In this document: one piece after another, positions 50,801 through 64,000 of the stretch
Numbering within the stretch: position 1 is the first letter of the stretch
Layout of the letters: the number at the start of each line of letters is the position of its first letter
Assembly: GCA_964187785.1 (NCBI GenBank)
Contig: OZ076413.1
Coordinates: forward strand, 49,664,001-49,728,000
Direction: 5' to 3'
From: Amphiscolops sp. MND2022
Taxonomy: Eukaryota
Length of the DNA: 64,000 nt
Made by a program: the position numbers and the translations under genes
The notes under the pieces: model-generated
What the model was told of the DNA's origin: nothing
Database searches by the model: none
Seen by the model: only the letters and a program-made list of their open reading frames with translations

Positions 50801-53800
50801 TGCTCGATTGGATTCAAATCCGGAGAATGGAGAGGCCACTCCATAATCTGAACTTGATTTCTCGCAAACCAATACCGTGCCAACCTTGAAGTATGTTTCG
50901 CGTCCTTATCTTGTTGAAAAATAAAGTATTTAGGTACAATTCGTAATGCTAATTTGTTGCCAATTAATTGTCCTCCAGAGTTTTACAGTATAGTGCACTG
51001 TACCATGTATTTTACAGGCCTGGCCAACTCCTAGCAAAGTCACGAAGTTGCAAAGTATGAGATTCCCTCTGCCATAAATGCAAGTGCCCTGACCATGATG
51101 ATCCTGTATGGCTGTCTTAGGCCGTTACCATTTCCATTGCAGACCATCAGAGGCGATTCAGTCTGTTCTTGTCTCATCTGACCAAACTACACTTTTCAAA
51201 TCTTCGACCGTCCAACTTTCATATTTTCGAGCAAAACGCAATCTAAATGTACGGTCTTTCAATGACAGAGAAGGCCTTTTATTCTTTCGTAAAGACTTTA
51301 AACCTGCTTTGCACAGCTTTCTCCGAAATGCTTTTGAATGTATTGTGTTCTGACTGGTTTCAATTAACTGTTTTGCACCGCGGTATTTTTTTCCTGAGGT
51401 GATATCACGCACTTTATTTTCTTGTCAGTGAACGTCAAAATTGACGGACATCTTGGTTTTGGAGGCGGAAGGTCCAATGCAGCCTGTTCTCGCTGTCTTG
51501 TGATAGTCATCTGACGAAACGATGCCACTTTCTCAGCACCTTGTCTTGAAGACTAACCGTCTTTCAGATAATTTAATATTTTGATAATGAGAGGTTTTGA
51601 GATTGTTTTCATTAAGTAGGCGGGAGTTAATTAACGTTGTTCTTTCGAAAATTTATTAGATAAGTCAATAATGTTCGTTGTTTGCACTTGAAACTTCTTT
51701 CCGAAAACACACACCAATTCGTAAAAAAAAGACGAGAACAAACTCTACTGGTAGTTCCACTTCGCATTTCTGGTTTGACGATTGAGAACCAGCTAAATAC
51801 AAAAAGGACAGTCTAAACGTGATTTATATATTAGGCTTACATTTTTTTGAAAAAGTGCTAGCGAAGTGATATTTTCACATTTGTATGCAGTTTTCAATTT
51901 AATTTTTACAAATTTGTGAGGCACTGTAAATTCGGTAGTCAGATTTATGAAAGGAATGTTAGCGAGTTTTATACCTGATGCTGTTGTGGTCCGATTTGCG
52001 TCCGCATACGTCGTGAATGATTTGTACGAAACAACCTATGTAACGGCTGCTTGCCCTTATCTTGCGCCGAAGCTTGACAAGCTTTACGCCGCCCTGATCC
52101 GTTGCTTAGTACTGTGGACCGTTACTAAACAAATCCTGGTTTTCCTGTTTTAAAGGACTGCATTTTTTGGCCGATGGGTCCGATGTGACCCGTAGAATCT
52201 CCTGTGATTCCTCTTGACAATTCTTTGGATCTTCTGAGACCCGTCACACACTTCTCTATTTGTATCTCTACGTGCTCCGGCTCTTCAACTATGAGAGTAG
52301 CTACTTAGTCGCTCTGACTCTAGCGAAAAAAAGTGAAAATTGAGAAGTTGAATAATAAGTATCTTGGTCCTAAGACCAAACTTGACTATAGCTACTCAGT
52401 CGTTAAAATCTCTATCTAGTAATGGTATATATCTGGTTTATAATTTTACAGTAAATATTAGTCAAAATATGTAGTTTAAATATATGACATTTAAAGGTAA
52501 AATGAAAGTGTAAATAAACCACATGGCGGTTCTTCAATGTGGGTTAGGTGGACTCATAAGCAAGTTTACACAAGGTAATTATCAATAATTTCAACAGAGA
52601 TACATTCTAAAGTAGTCATATTTGTGAATAACGAAGTTTACACTTTTGGATCAATGACCTTTAATATCACACATGTGAGGGGTAAAGGGGGTTATCTAGG
52701 GTGAATGACCTTGAAACCCAAATGGTGTGTTCGTGTTAGGTACTTGCATATGCGTGCCAAGTTTCAAGTCTCTACGACATTTAGTTGTCGAGAAAACCCA
52801 TTTTTGGGGGGTTTCCCTGTTTGTCACACTTGAAATTTCTTCAAGTTTTTATCTACGTTTCGAACAGTTCAAGTTTTTGTTTATAAACCAGCATGTTCCA
52901 AATCGACTTTTCTATCTGCTGATGACTGACGCCAACATTGTCGGCCCTGTTTTTCTCTCGAAAAACACTTTCAAAAAACAGGGGTGCGTGTTTCACTACT
53001 GGTCCTTTGAATTTTCCATCTTCACTTTTCACCAGCGCTGACCTCACTCGCCCTTTGCTTCCATAATAGACTTCCAACACTCTACCCATCTTGTAGTATG
53101 CTGTTTCCACATTCTCATTTACAATCCAGACCGAATCATTGACTTCAAGTTGTCTCCCCAAGTATTTACCCCAAGTTGTCAACCAGGCCGTCGTAAAGCT
53201 TGGTAAGTGTTATCGTCCGTTTACCTTGCAGACGTTAAAAAAGGTCTCTTGAGAATGCAAAAGCAAACACTAGACGAGGCCGTTAACATTATGATACCTA
53301 AAAGCTACGGACGGCTATTACCACACTGGAAAATTTTGAAGGGGGGTTTGTATTTTTAAGATTTTAGTTTCTTTCCGAAGTTTCTAGTTCAAATTCTTAG
53401 GAACAACTGGTCATTGAACAAGTCGGGAACGGCATACGCCGGTGCCCGTTCAAGGTTCAAAAAGAGCGAAAATACTTCAAAGCGTCGATGATTCTATTTT
53501 AAATGAATTTTGAATTTCACAGTATCGAAAAAACCAAAGGTCTTGAAATCCAAAAATATCAAAAAACGAAGGGGATGACGTTTGTGAAAAATTGAAAAAT
53601 GTTTCGAAAAAAGTATCAGCACCAAAAATAACACTCAAATTTCTTTTTAGTCGGCGCTTCTTGTGAAAACGGCTCTAACATTGACCCTTTTTCCTTTTTT
53701 CTCTAGAACTTCGCATGTCCAAAACGTACTGGATACGTCAGAACCTCGGAACATACTAAGGATCCCCTTTTGGTTATTTTGGTGTGTTTTCAACTTAGAT

Positions 53801-56800
53801 TTACTTTCGGCACTATGAGTTTTTTTCGAAAACTTTTTGAATGCACCAAAGGGTCCCCTTCATATTTAGATATTTTGCAACAGAAAGTGTGTTGATAAAT
53901 CCCAAAGGATCCCTCCTTTTACGGCACCATGAGACTGTTTAGAATTTTCATTTTTTGTTTTTTTTTCAAATGTCTCCAAATGGTCTCACTTCGTTTTTTT
54001 TTGATATTTTGCAACAAACTGGATTTTCAAAAAACCTAACAGTTTTCGGCATTGTGAGATTTTCCAAAAAGGCCATTTTTCATTTCAAAATTTGGTTTTC
54101 TCAGTGAACCAGCACGCTATATCCGAACTTTCATTTTTGAAACCGCCGTTTTTTGGCACTATGCAACTTTTTTTTCAATTTGAAGCCCCGTCAACTTTTA
54201 GTAGAAACGAGCATAGAGGACTCCTTAGGGTTTCGGCACTATGTGACATTTTCCGAAGAAAAAAATCCGAATATTTAAAAAAAGTTTTTTGTTTCCAGCG
54301 TAAGTGGTTTCTAAGGCTTATCGAGCATGAAAGGCACCCTTTGGGTGACTGGAAACTGTTTTCTGATCTTTTCATAAATACGTCCTGGGCATATTTTAAA
54401 AACCTTGCGCTTTTTGAGCCGACTTTAGACGCTCCCGTCTTGTTTGTTCAAAAATTTTTGTCAAAATTGGAAAGGGAGTATCTTCGGAACCCCTCCGAAG
54501 AATGTTCTAGATTGTAGGAATTTACTAAAATTTTGGCATTCGGTATGATAATGGGCTTTTTCGACCAGACTAGAAAAAAACGCAATGAAAAATGAACATA
54601 ATAGTCACATTTTATTCCATAAAGCGCCCAATCGATTGCTTAGAGTGGCAAAACCACGTATCTCGTAAACTGTCACAAAGACAAAATTTTGTCAAGTACA
54701 AAAGTTTCTTGGAATTTACAAAGACGGTTGTTTGAAATTTCTCCGACCATATTAATAACACTTTTAGTATATACTCCACGAGTTAATTTAAATCAACGGC
54801 GTTTGATACAGCTCTAAGGTTGAAAACAGCAGCCTGGGTAACTGTTTTTTATGACACCTTGTGTTTTTCAGTTTTTTGACCCCGAACAACAAGCATTCTT
54901 GGACAAGCAGACTCAGCAGTACGAGGAGAAGCTGAAGAAGGCTCCCAAGACCAAGAACTGTGCTCTGGTCGTACTCAAGCCAGATGTTGTAGGCGCTGGA
55001 AAAGTGGATGAGATTCTTAAGAAGTTCAAGAACCACAAGTTTGAGGTGCTGCACACGCAAGAATGGATTTTGGAGCCGCAAGAACTTGAAGTGTTGTACA
55101 AAAAAGACCATGTAAGATCTAATTGTACAATAAGTAATAAGGTACGACATTTTTTTCATTAAAACCGGCAGAGTTAGTTGTCATAGAAATACTCGAAAAT
55201 CATTGAGGTAGTTTAAGTACTCAGTTGAGCTACACAATAGCGGAGCAAATGTTTATTTAATCTGATCATACATGGATAACATGAAGTTCATGACCTTATC
55301 ATAATTTGCTATTTCGATAAAGCACTGAGCAATTACATGTGCCTATCTGGTACTGTATAGATACTGCATTACTAGCATCCTAACTATGATGAATCAATTT
55401 TCAAAATAATAGCAACATTTTAATCGATGTATTTCTTGAAATCGATGAATATCAATATGAATGCAACTAAAACTGGCACATTCCTCTATAATTGATTAAG
55501 TTATTCAATTATAGAGGAATGTGCCAGTTTTAGTTGCATTCATATTGATATTCATCGATTTCAAGAAATACATCGATTAAAATGTTGCTATTTCGTGAAC
55601 TCTCAAGAAGGAAGGAAAAAAGTTCATTTGAAAATTAGTTTTAAAATCATGGCATATATAGTTTATGTGAGTTTATATAATTTATAATTGGATTATTTAA
55701 TCGGGACAATAAATAGCTCATCAGCCGACCAGAATTTTTTTAGGAATTCAGTCTCAATGATGAGACAGGATGTTTTGTAATTGTTTATTATGGTAGGTAA
55801 CAGTTTTTTGACCTAATTATAACTCTGCGCATTATTTATTGCTGATGGAACTGGCCATTTTCTTCTGAGGAATTTGCACAGAAAAACTTTTTTCATTTCA
55901 TTGTTAGTTTTGGCGTTTCGAACTCTTTAAAATGACATGACTTCATTTCTTAAAGAACGAATTGGGATTTCGGACATCCTGAGAATCGTCACGGCCACCC
56001 CAATTCATCATAAGGAAATTTCCAAAACCGGCATTAGTTTTTAGGTGAAAATAGAAATAGACAAAATTTCAAAAACCGGAACTGCAAATGTGCATTTTGG
56101 AGTTTCAAAAACTTAGAGACCTACTTTTAGACAATTTTAAATAAATTTTTTCCCATAATCTCAAGATGCTGGTATGTTTTCCTTGTGGCTTTATTGGAAC
56201 TTCTAAACAACCTTTATCATTTTTCTCAACGCGATTCTCTTAGTCTATATTAATGCATGCCTTGCATTTCTCAAATGTACAAAAGATTCTAATCGAGAGA
56301 ATTTAGTTGTTTCAGAAAAACTAATGAGTCCCAGAGCACACAAAATACAAAGTTTTGATTTTTGGGTAAAATTTTATTAAAACTCAGTTTTTCAAAATTA
56401 GAATTATTTTAAACTTGCTTACTCATACTCTCTTACTTATACTTAAAATTTGCAAATTCAAGTGCACGTTTTTCATTCACTGCATTTTAGAAGAAATTGG
56501 TTCGACTAATACGTTGACTAGTTTTTTCTCCAGACACAGAGCTCACTTAAAGTGCCACTTTTTACACACTTTACGCTTGAGTTCAAAGGTGTACCCAAAG
56601 CGGCCAAAAAGTACCCCTTTTTGAGGTTTTCAAATGTTTACCTCAAAGAATATGGCACCACTTTATTGATTGAAAAATCACCCGGGGCGACAAAATTGTT
56701 AAAAGTAGAACTAGGTCTAGCCAACCTGCAAGTTGTTGGAAAACAAACTTGAAAGAGCTGAAAACATTGTATGTTATTTATACTATAGTTATCTTATAGA

Positions 56801-59800
56801 GCAGTTGTTCAAGAATAGTAACTGATTTTCGTATATTCTGATTTTCAGAACCCTAGCGTTAGAATATAACATGGCGCCGTCACCTATTTTATAACAAATT
56901 GAATCGGACTTATTACCACAGAAAGTGAATACGGAATATGACTCACAAAATTATCGAACCGAACCTTGAAGCAACTAGACAAATTGATGAAAGAGAAAAC
57001 TTTTGAATTAAAAAGGACAAAGTGGCTGTTAAAACAGAGCACATATTAGGAGAAAAAAATATCAATAAAAAAACAAAACTGGAAGTATTGGTTTAGCAAA
57101 AAACATAAAGTGAACGAAGAATCTATACAGAGAATGTGAGAAATTAGGTACAACACCAAAAAACAAAGCATTCGAAAATCGAGCATGCAATTTCAGAAGT
57201 TCCCCCTACTGGCCCTCTTTACACAAATGACCCGCATCAGAAGGAAACTGCAACAAACGCGGAAATAAAGGTCTTTACTCGGAAGCATGCGCACAACGAT
57301 TTTAAAACCACCGAACAGTGAAATGACTCACCGCAAAAGAAATGAATGAGCTCGAAGAATCATCACGCAAGTCAGACGAGAACATACAGCACGTAAAAGT
57401 AAAAAGCACAAATTCAGCAGTGATCCAAATGACCGGGGTAAAGAAGGAACTCGTCACAGACTATTCCAGATCACCAATAACGACAATTTGTACGAGGAAC
57501 GGATGTTAAGATCCATTTAATTACAGAAACCAACGATCCGGTACCATGATGAGAACAAACATGGTGTAAAACTCCAGGTTGAATTACCGGTAAACGTAGA
57601 ATTAAAAAACAAGAACAGAGAGAAGGAAACTTGAAAACCGCGAGAACCCAACTAACACCGCTACTCAGGGAGGGTGGACTGTATAAAACCATTCAAACTC
57701 ACAGTTCTTTCGTGTTCTTTTTCGACTTTGTTATGACAGAAAGAATTGATGTCTAAAGTTCTGAAATTCAGTAACCTCAATCTCTAGCTACAACCTAAAT
57801 TTGTAAAAAAAATCCCTGTTCTGTGAATCTATCCAACCGTACATAGTTTGTCTATATGTATATATGTATAATTAGAAGACCAACAGAAGCCAAAGATTTT
57901 TGTTTGTGATTCTCTTTTCAGTTTGATTGACTGACATCAACCCTTTAAAGTTCGGTATATCATCGTAATAGCAGTTTTGATTTCGCCACATTTGCATGAA
58001 GACTTTGGAACAGAAGTATAGAAGTTGAAAACAACCGGCCAATTGAAAAGAAAGACGATTTTTTCGTGTCTCCGTGTCTCTGGTAGTAATTACCGTGAAA
58101 GCGGTAAATCTGTGAAAAAGCACCAAACTCCTGGAATATAACCGACAGTTGCATAAAGAGGAGATAACAAACGCCAAGCCTTGAGGTCCTGCTAAACAAG
58201 TTTTCGTTACAGACCATCTGAGCCCGAACAGTACAGTTATTAATCTCGAAAACGGATCTGCATTACGTATACGGATTTTTGAAACTAGTCGAAGAAACAA
58301 GCCGACAATGCGTATTTGCATTAACTGGAGGAACATTTAACAGACAATATAGATTCAAAACGAGTTCTCCGGACTTGCCAATATACTCACAATTTTACCC
58401 GGAAAGTTTACCGGATACTTGAATATTGTACACCAGCTTGGTTGGACGACATGATAGTAATAACCATGCGAAAATAATAGGAGCACGCGAAAAGTTTTGT
58501 CGGTGTTGCGAAAAAACTTGAAGAAGCCGGATGCCGAGCAAGGGAATTTCCAGACTCCGATAATTTCATGATTCGAAAAAAGTAGTTGTGCACAAATTAG
58601 ATGAGAACGGAATCAAATCGAACAAGAGTAGGTAAGAGCAATATCGAAATTGAAACAACCGAAGAAAACAAGAATTCATTTCTCTTAGCCATATCATACA
58701 TGACAAAATTCCCACCGAAATTTTTGCACCAAACCGACCGAATGAGAAAATTACTACAGAAAAGGGATCCATGGAAATGGAAAAATGACAAAGAAAACGA
58801 GTCAAACCAAAGTAAGCAACTATTAACAGCGAGACCATGCCTAGCACACTTGAGAAAGATAACTAACGATAAAGATGAAATGGCAACTACCGATGCCAGA
58901 ACGGTCGCCCTCGGAGGAACACTTTGGCACAAACAAGGTGACAGAAAAATGGAACCGATAGCATACGGTAGTTGATACTTGAAGGGCACCTGGAAGAAAA
59001 ATTCAATCGATGATTTGAAACGTCTAGCAATACTCTGGGGATTAGGAAGTTTCCTATTCTNNNNNNNNNNNNNNNNNNNNNNNNNNNNNNNNNNNNNNNN
59101 NNNNNNNNNNNNNNNNNNNNNNNNNNNNNNNNNNNNNNNNNNNNNNNNNNNNNNNNNNNNNNNNNNNNNNNNNNNNNNNNNNNNNNNNNNNNNNNNNNNN
59201 NNNNNNNNNNNNNNNNNNNNNNNNNNNNNNNNNNNNNNNNNNNNNNNNNNNNNNNNNNNNAGATTAGCGTATTTCAACTTTGTGATACAACATATTGCAG
59301 GCAGTAATTTAGAGTTTACCAAGTAACCCAGAAGTAAACCGGTAGGTTCGCCAATACGGACCAATATTCAAGGACCAGTTGAAAGATGACAAATTGGAAA
59401 ACGAGATACACAGTGGCACAAGAGAACCGAATAATGAACAAAATACCAAACAATCGCAATCAAAAGAATCATTCGAGAACAAAATTGCTTCGATCAAAAC
59501 TCAATGCATCGAAATAACTTAGTTTGGGCAGTCCGAAACTAAGAGTTACAATTCAAGCCGACAGCAACACCAAACAACAAGTCAAACAAAAAGCGCACTA
59601 AAATGGACATAGGTTTATCATGAGGATACTAAAACATTTTCACCATTGGGGGTAAGCCAATAGAATTTGGAAGTTATCCATCTATCACCGCAACAACTCA
59701 AAGACCTGAAGACTGGTAGAACAGAGAAATACTGTATCCCGACCATAAACGTTGAAACGTCGTTGTGATCAGCAGACATTACGGACCGTATTCACCATAT

Positions 59801-62800
59801 CCTGGTCGAATAGACGAAGCTGAGAGGAGATGGTCAAAGTAGATTCGGAACTGCTACCGCGGGCTAACAAGCTGGACGGCTACTGCCGTCAACTCCAGAA
59901 GCAACCGACAATCCGGAAGAAAATGCGAACCCGCTGTTACGCAAGTAGACAATGTGGCTCTACTACGAGACAATTCACCACTCTGACTGGAGCAAATTCA
60001 TAACCGAATGAAAAGAGACACATTATATTCAAATAAATCATATTGTAGTTAAACTGCTCCAAACATGAAAATTATTGACGAAAAAATCAATTGGGCGGAG
60101 TTCGAATGCAGGACGGACTTCAAAAGCCTTATCTCAAAGGCCTCAATTGTTCCGGTTCCACTTACATAATTTGAACAAATTCCATACTGAACGTACTCCC
60201 CAAAAACTACTAATGTTTTACGGTTCATTCGTCCTGACTTCTACCGAGAGAGAATATTGATTTAACTGAATACAATTTATCCTTATTTTTTACCACAGTC
60301 ATCTTATAGAACAGTTGTTCAAGAATAATTGTTCATTTTATTGATTCCTCTTTTCCTTAAGCCTAGCATTGGAGTTGAACAATTGAAGCCATGCAAGCAA
60401 AAAGGTGAACAGCTTTTAGAAATATCATTGTTAAAAGCTAAAAATCTTCAATTTACACACATTAGGACGCATATTCAAGTTCCTGCGACGAAGAACAGCT
60501 TCCTTTAGTTGATTTAGATTGTCTCTGGCTCAAAAATATACCACTGATTTTTAGACTCTCTGCAGAATATTTAGACTGAAAATTTGAGACAAATATTCAA
60601 AACACTTGCTCAAACTGAAATGAAGTGAGGGTTTTTTTATCGATTGAGATTTTGTTGAAGGCACCTATCAAAATTGAAAGGAACAGTCAGTAAAGAGTTT
60701 ATTTGGTTAGTAACGACGCTCAGCAGAGGGGCGGTCAGTGGTGCACAATTTAACTCCGAGTTTAACTCGTGAGTTAAATTTGGAGTGAATTAAACTATTT
60801 TGGAAAGTTAAACTCCAAGCCAGAGTTTTATTTTAAAAATTCAAGAAGTTGCGGCTGACCGAAACTATCGAAACTGAACTTGAAAATTTTATTTTTCTTT
60901 CAATTATAGACGAAGAAAAAAGTGCATACCAGTTTTTCAGAAAATGGGTAAAATATCCGGGAGTCGAAAAGGTTGCAAGCAAAATGATGATATTTCGTTG
61001 AACCAATAAAATTTTGTCAAATCCCTGTTTTTCTAATGAGTTTAACTCATGAGTTTGATTGGTAGTTAGAGTTTAACTCCTACAAATCAGTTTTTGTAGT
61101 TCAACTCCGCATCACTGGGGGCGGTGGTTGATTTCATAATCACAAAAATGTATCTTAAAATTCAAATGTTTTCGCAAATAGGTTTTCCGTCAACCTAGAA
61201 ATTTTGTTGTTAAATTCCGTGAAAGAACCTATTTTTGTTGAAAAACTGGAGAGTGACAAACTGGAGAGGGACAGGGAAATACCCAGCTGAGATATATATT
61301 TTTATTGTTTTCTTGCTTGGTAATCATTAGGTGCCTGCTATTATTACTACAGGTTAAAGTCGTATGCTTTTTGGAAATGTTTAGGCCTTGCAACTCTTCT
61401 TAACGGCAACTGAATCTTCCTTCTTCCAATCAACAGGTTTTGTTAATTTAGGGATAAACCGTTATTTCTCGGTATATTTTTCTAGTTGTGAATGGGAAAC
61501 GTATAGTTGACAAAATGTTATTTTTAAGCTGTCAGAGGAAGCAATTGCGTTTTTGACCAAAAGTCCAAGCTACATGCTGATCGTGACTAATGGTCTCAGA
61601 GGCATTGATATCGTGGATGACCTGAAGACCTTCATTGGGAATAAGAACCATAAAGTGACCAAAGAGCAACACGCCAAACAACTTAGGACCATATATGGCA
61701 CAGATGACATAAAAGACGGCTTCTACGTTTCAACAAGCGACGAGAAAGCCAAAAAGTTTGTTCACACTTTCAAAACAGTCTATTATAATAGTTGTAGCTT
61801 TTATAGGGGAGTTTACTACAAAGTGACCAGTTTATACGAGTAGTGATTCATTTTTCATCACTCCTCGAAGCAAAAACCTTGAAGGATTCTGGAATATTTT
61901 TTGTTCTCCCATGCTCTAACTTTTCTGAAAAAATTATCGAAGTCATTGAAAAACAATTATACTGGCATATCATTTTATAATTTTTCTTCTGAAGCAATGG
62001 ATTTATGAGAAACGTTGACAACTGGTCAAAAACTTTGGTCAAGTAGAAAAATTAAATATAAATGAGATGCTATATAAAGCATGAAAGTCAGATATTTCAT
62101 TTTTTTCAATAAAATTAAAAACCAATATCAATTGAAGGTAACTTCATGTACCTGGCGGAAATATCATCAAATAATAACCGACAAAGAATAACCAGATTGC
62201 GAAAGCTACAAAAGCAGGACGTCAAATTTCTTTCACACAAAAGCACACGTCTTCAGTTTATTTAGAACTACGGAAAAGGTTAAAATTTCGAAAAAAAACT
62301 GGGTTGCTAAACGACCATTTTTCCGCTACGAAAGTTTCTTTCGTATGACTTTTTCTGACCAAAATTTTTTTGAATTTTTCAAATTAATGGTATCAGATTG
62401 GAATTAAGGATGGGCCCATTAGGACATGCCAAATGCAGTCATTCCACGAATTTTCTACGTTTCTCAAATGTGTCTGAAAAAGTTTTGGAAACTTTGGAAA
62501 ATTTTTGCCTCAAAGTTGAACCACGCTTATATGGAAGCAAAGTAGGGATCTGTTGCTGCATGCTACAGCGTTGCTTTTGAAGAAGTGGTAAGGATTAATG
62601 TGGTCTTTAACGCCACTTATCAACTCTGTTTTATTTTTTTTAAAAACTTTAAAAAATTTTTAATATTTTTTTCTGGTTTCAGTGAATTGCACTTGTTTTT
62701 TCCACGTTTCAAACCTCCTCCACAGGAAGATTTCAAACCACATGAGCTGGAAAAGACTCTGATTCTGGTGAGGCCAGATGCATACAAAAAATTTGGTCAA

Positions 62801-63890
62801 AAGAAAATCCTCAATCACCTTTCTAAAGAGGGATTTGAGATTCTCATGCAGAAAGAGTACAAGATGACAATGGACCAAGCCGAGAAGTTCTACTTCGAGA
62901 AACGAAATGAGATATTCTACAACGACCTCATCATTAACATGACCAAGTCAGTACTTTAGTTATTCACCTCGTTTATTTTTTAGATTGCAGTTACAAGAGA
63001 TTTTCATGATTTTTGGAACCTTTTCATAGATAAAAACATTTCAGATATTTTCATATTTTCATATGCTACAATATGAGGCCCCTCAACTTTAAGGTCAACT
63101 CTGATATAAGGTTGCCGAACCATTTTATATCATATGATTGGTTCATCGCCAATATGCACCCGCATTTTCCATTGATTTCTTGATAAATTTTCCGAAGAGA
63201 TATCAAGATTTTTCCATGGATATTTATGAATTTGACCAAAAAGTAAAAATTTCAAATCAGATTCATTAACAAGTGCAACTTATAGAACACTATTCGTAAA
63301 GTCTATTTGTTTTCAAGACCAAATTTCAAACTTTGGGACAAAGCTCAAAAACGAGGCATTATATTCATAGGCAAAGCACGATTCTGAAAATTCTGTCTGG
63401 CAGATATTTCACTTGACACTCGATAGACCAAAACATATCCTATTTTTCAGGTCTTTTCAATTTTCTATTTACCACCCAATTTTAATTGGTCCAGGGCAGG
63501 AACCAGACGAGCCGCCTGAGGCCATTTTCTATCCCGATTGAATATATTTTTGTTTGTTTCTAATGAACACCATGTTGCTTTTTTTCCAAAATGTCGTTCG
63601 TTAGTGTAAATTTTCCTTCCTTTTCAGCGGTCCACTCTTCGTCGCTGGCTTAGCCCGTGAGAATGCAGTTCAGCACTTGGTAGATCTGGCAGGTCCCAGT
63701 TTGCAGTCGGTGGCTAAGGTGGAGCAACCCAAGTCACTCAGGGCAATCTACTCGACCGAGGTCAGCCCCGTCAACTCCATCCACGTGCCCAAGAACCAAC
63801 AGGAAGCCAAACTGGACATGAACACTTTCTTCCCATTTGAGAAAGTCCTCGTCGCGATCAAGGGAAATCGTACTGCTCGAGTACAGAAAA
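47850..63890 (+). CDS. Thioredoxin-domain plus tandem NDP-kinase-domain protein (NME8/NME9, TXNDC3-like), partial; exons 47850-47907, 48175-48233, 48291-48330, 49040-49158, 50262-50381, 54872-55111, 61529-61755, 62683-62946, 63628-63890
   Basis: Trx VYQKWCGPC and KCIPTFLFF...VVRGVNWP; NDK1 ALVVLKPD...LRTIYGTD; NDK2 TLILVRPDA...LRAIY..NSIH; start of NDK3 FFPFEKVLVAIK. Splice phases are consistent given one GC-AG intron. Start codon unresolved; 3' end lies outside the window. Confidence 0.88.
49253..49839. mobile_element. MITE with ~38-bp TIRs and CCATG/ATTCCAT minisatellite
   Basis: CCCGGATCCAAATCCATAAGGCTTCCATGC versus GCATGGAAGACTTATGAATTTGGATCCGAT, flanked by TA. Confidence 0.8.
49844..50097. 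repeat. Imperfect long inverted repeat (~120-bp arms)
   Basis: ACTTCAGAAAAGCAG...TATAGCCGAACAGGAT...TTGTAAT mirrored by ATTACAA...ATCCTGTTTGGCTATA...CTGCTTTTCTGAAGT. Confidence 0.9.
50521..51926 (-). mobile_element. Decayed Tc1 transposon
   Basis: VVWSDET, FQQDKDAKHTS and WPLHSPDLNPIEQLW motifs; right TIR ACAAATTTGTGAGGCACTG+TA; left TIR degenerate. Confidence 0.88.
52853..53300 (-). pseudogene. BEL/Pao integrase C-terminus (DUF5641-like) and adjoining LTR start
   Basis: LEVNDSVWIVNE...YKMGRVLEVYYGSKGRVRSALVKS..GKFKGPVVKHAPL. Confidence 0.8.
53649..54444 (-). mobile_element. Helentron/HINE-like element
   Basis: TTTTTAGTCGGCGC ... GCCGACTTTAGACGCTCCCGTCTTGTT. Confidence 0.6.
55408..55592. 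repeat. Perfect inverted repeat: 88-bp arms, 9-nt spacer
   Basis: 55408-55495 is the exact reverse complement of 55505-55592. Confidence 0.97.
56760..60381 (+). mobile_element. Highly decayed Ty3/Gypsy element in an NME intron
   Basis: LTR ends (ATCTTATAGAGCAGTTGTTCAAGAATA...ACA) at ~56790-56871 and ~60300-60381; PBS TGGCGCCGTCACC at 56872; WLDDMIV; RNase H TTDARTVALGGTLW...PIAYGS. Confidence 0.8.
59061..59260. other. Assembly gap (200 N)
   Basis: Run of N. Confidence 1.
60736..61117. mobile_element. hAT-type MITE
   Basis: TIR CAGTGGTGC / GCATCACTG; exact 8-bp TSD GGGGCGGT; internal GAGTTTAACTC palindromes. Confidence 0.88.
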
Positions 63891-64000
63891 GTTAGTCCAA
63901 TATTCAAACTGAACAGAAAGTATAAAAGGTCAAGGTTAAAGGTTGGAAAGAATTCTCGCAAAAAATCTTAGGTACCAAGGTTTTTCTCGAGGTACCAAAC

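Noticed and set aside
51950..52150. BEL gag knuckle remnant
   Set aside because: Too degenerate to call by eye.
58597..59364. Long ORFs spanning X runs
   Set aside because: Artefacts of the N gap.

Overview
AT-rich, transposon-dense animal (invertebrate) genomic DNA with spliceosomal introns and one 200-N gap; there are no prokaryotic features. Two host genes lie on the + strand: a complete 6-exon DEK (26377-31672, ~528 aa) and a thioredoxin-plus-multi-NDK gene of the NME8/NME9 type (from ~47850, running off the window end). The rest is mobile DNA: Ty3/Gypsy elements, BEL/Pao, LINE and Tc1 remnants, an internally deleted hAT, Mutator-like foldbacks, MITEs, Helentron-like elements and a ~1.84-kb tandem triplication. 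The best candidate for something new is a Mag-type LTR retrotransposon (16367-21485, plus two decayed copies). It carries an extra ORF with SGNH-hydrolase-like motif order between the PBS and gag, flanked by splice signals that could either skip it or fuse it in frame to Gag. A divergent homolog of that ORF sits at ~10.4-10.8 kb. All assignments are by-eye motif recognition; no database searches were run.
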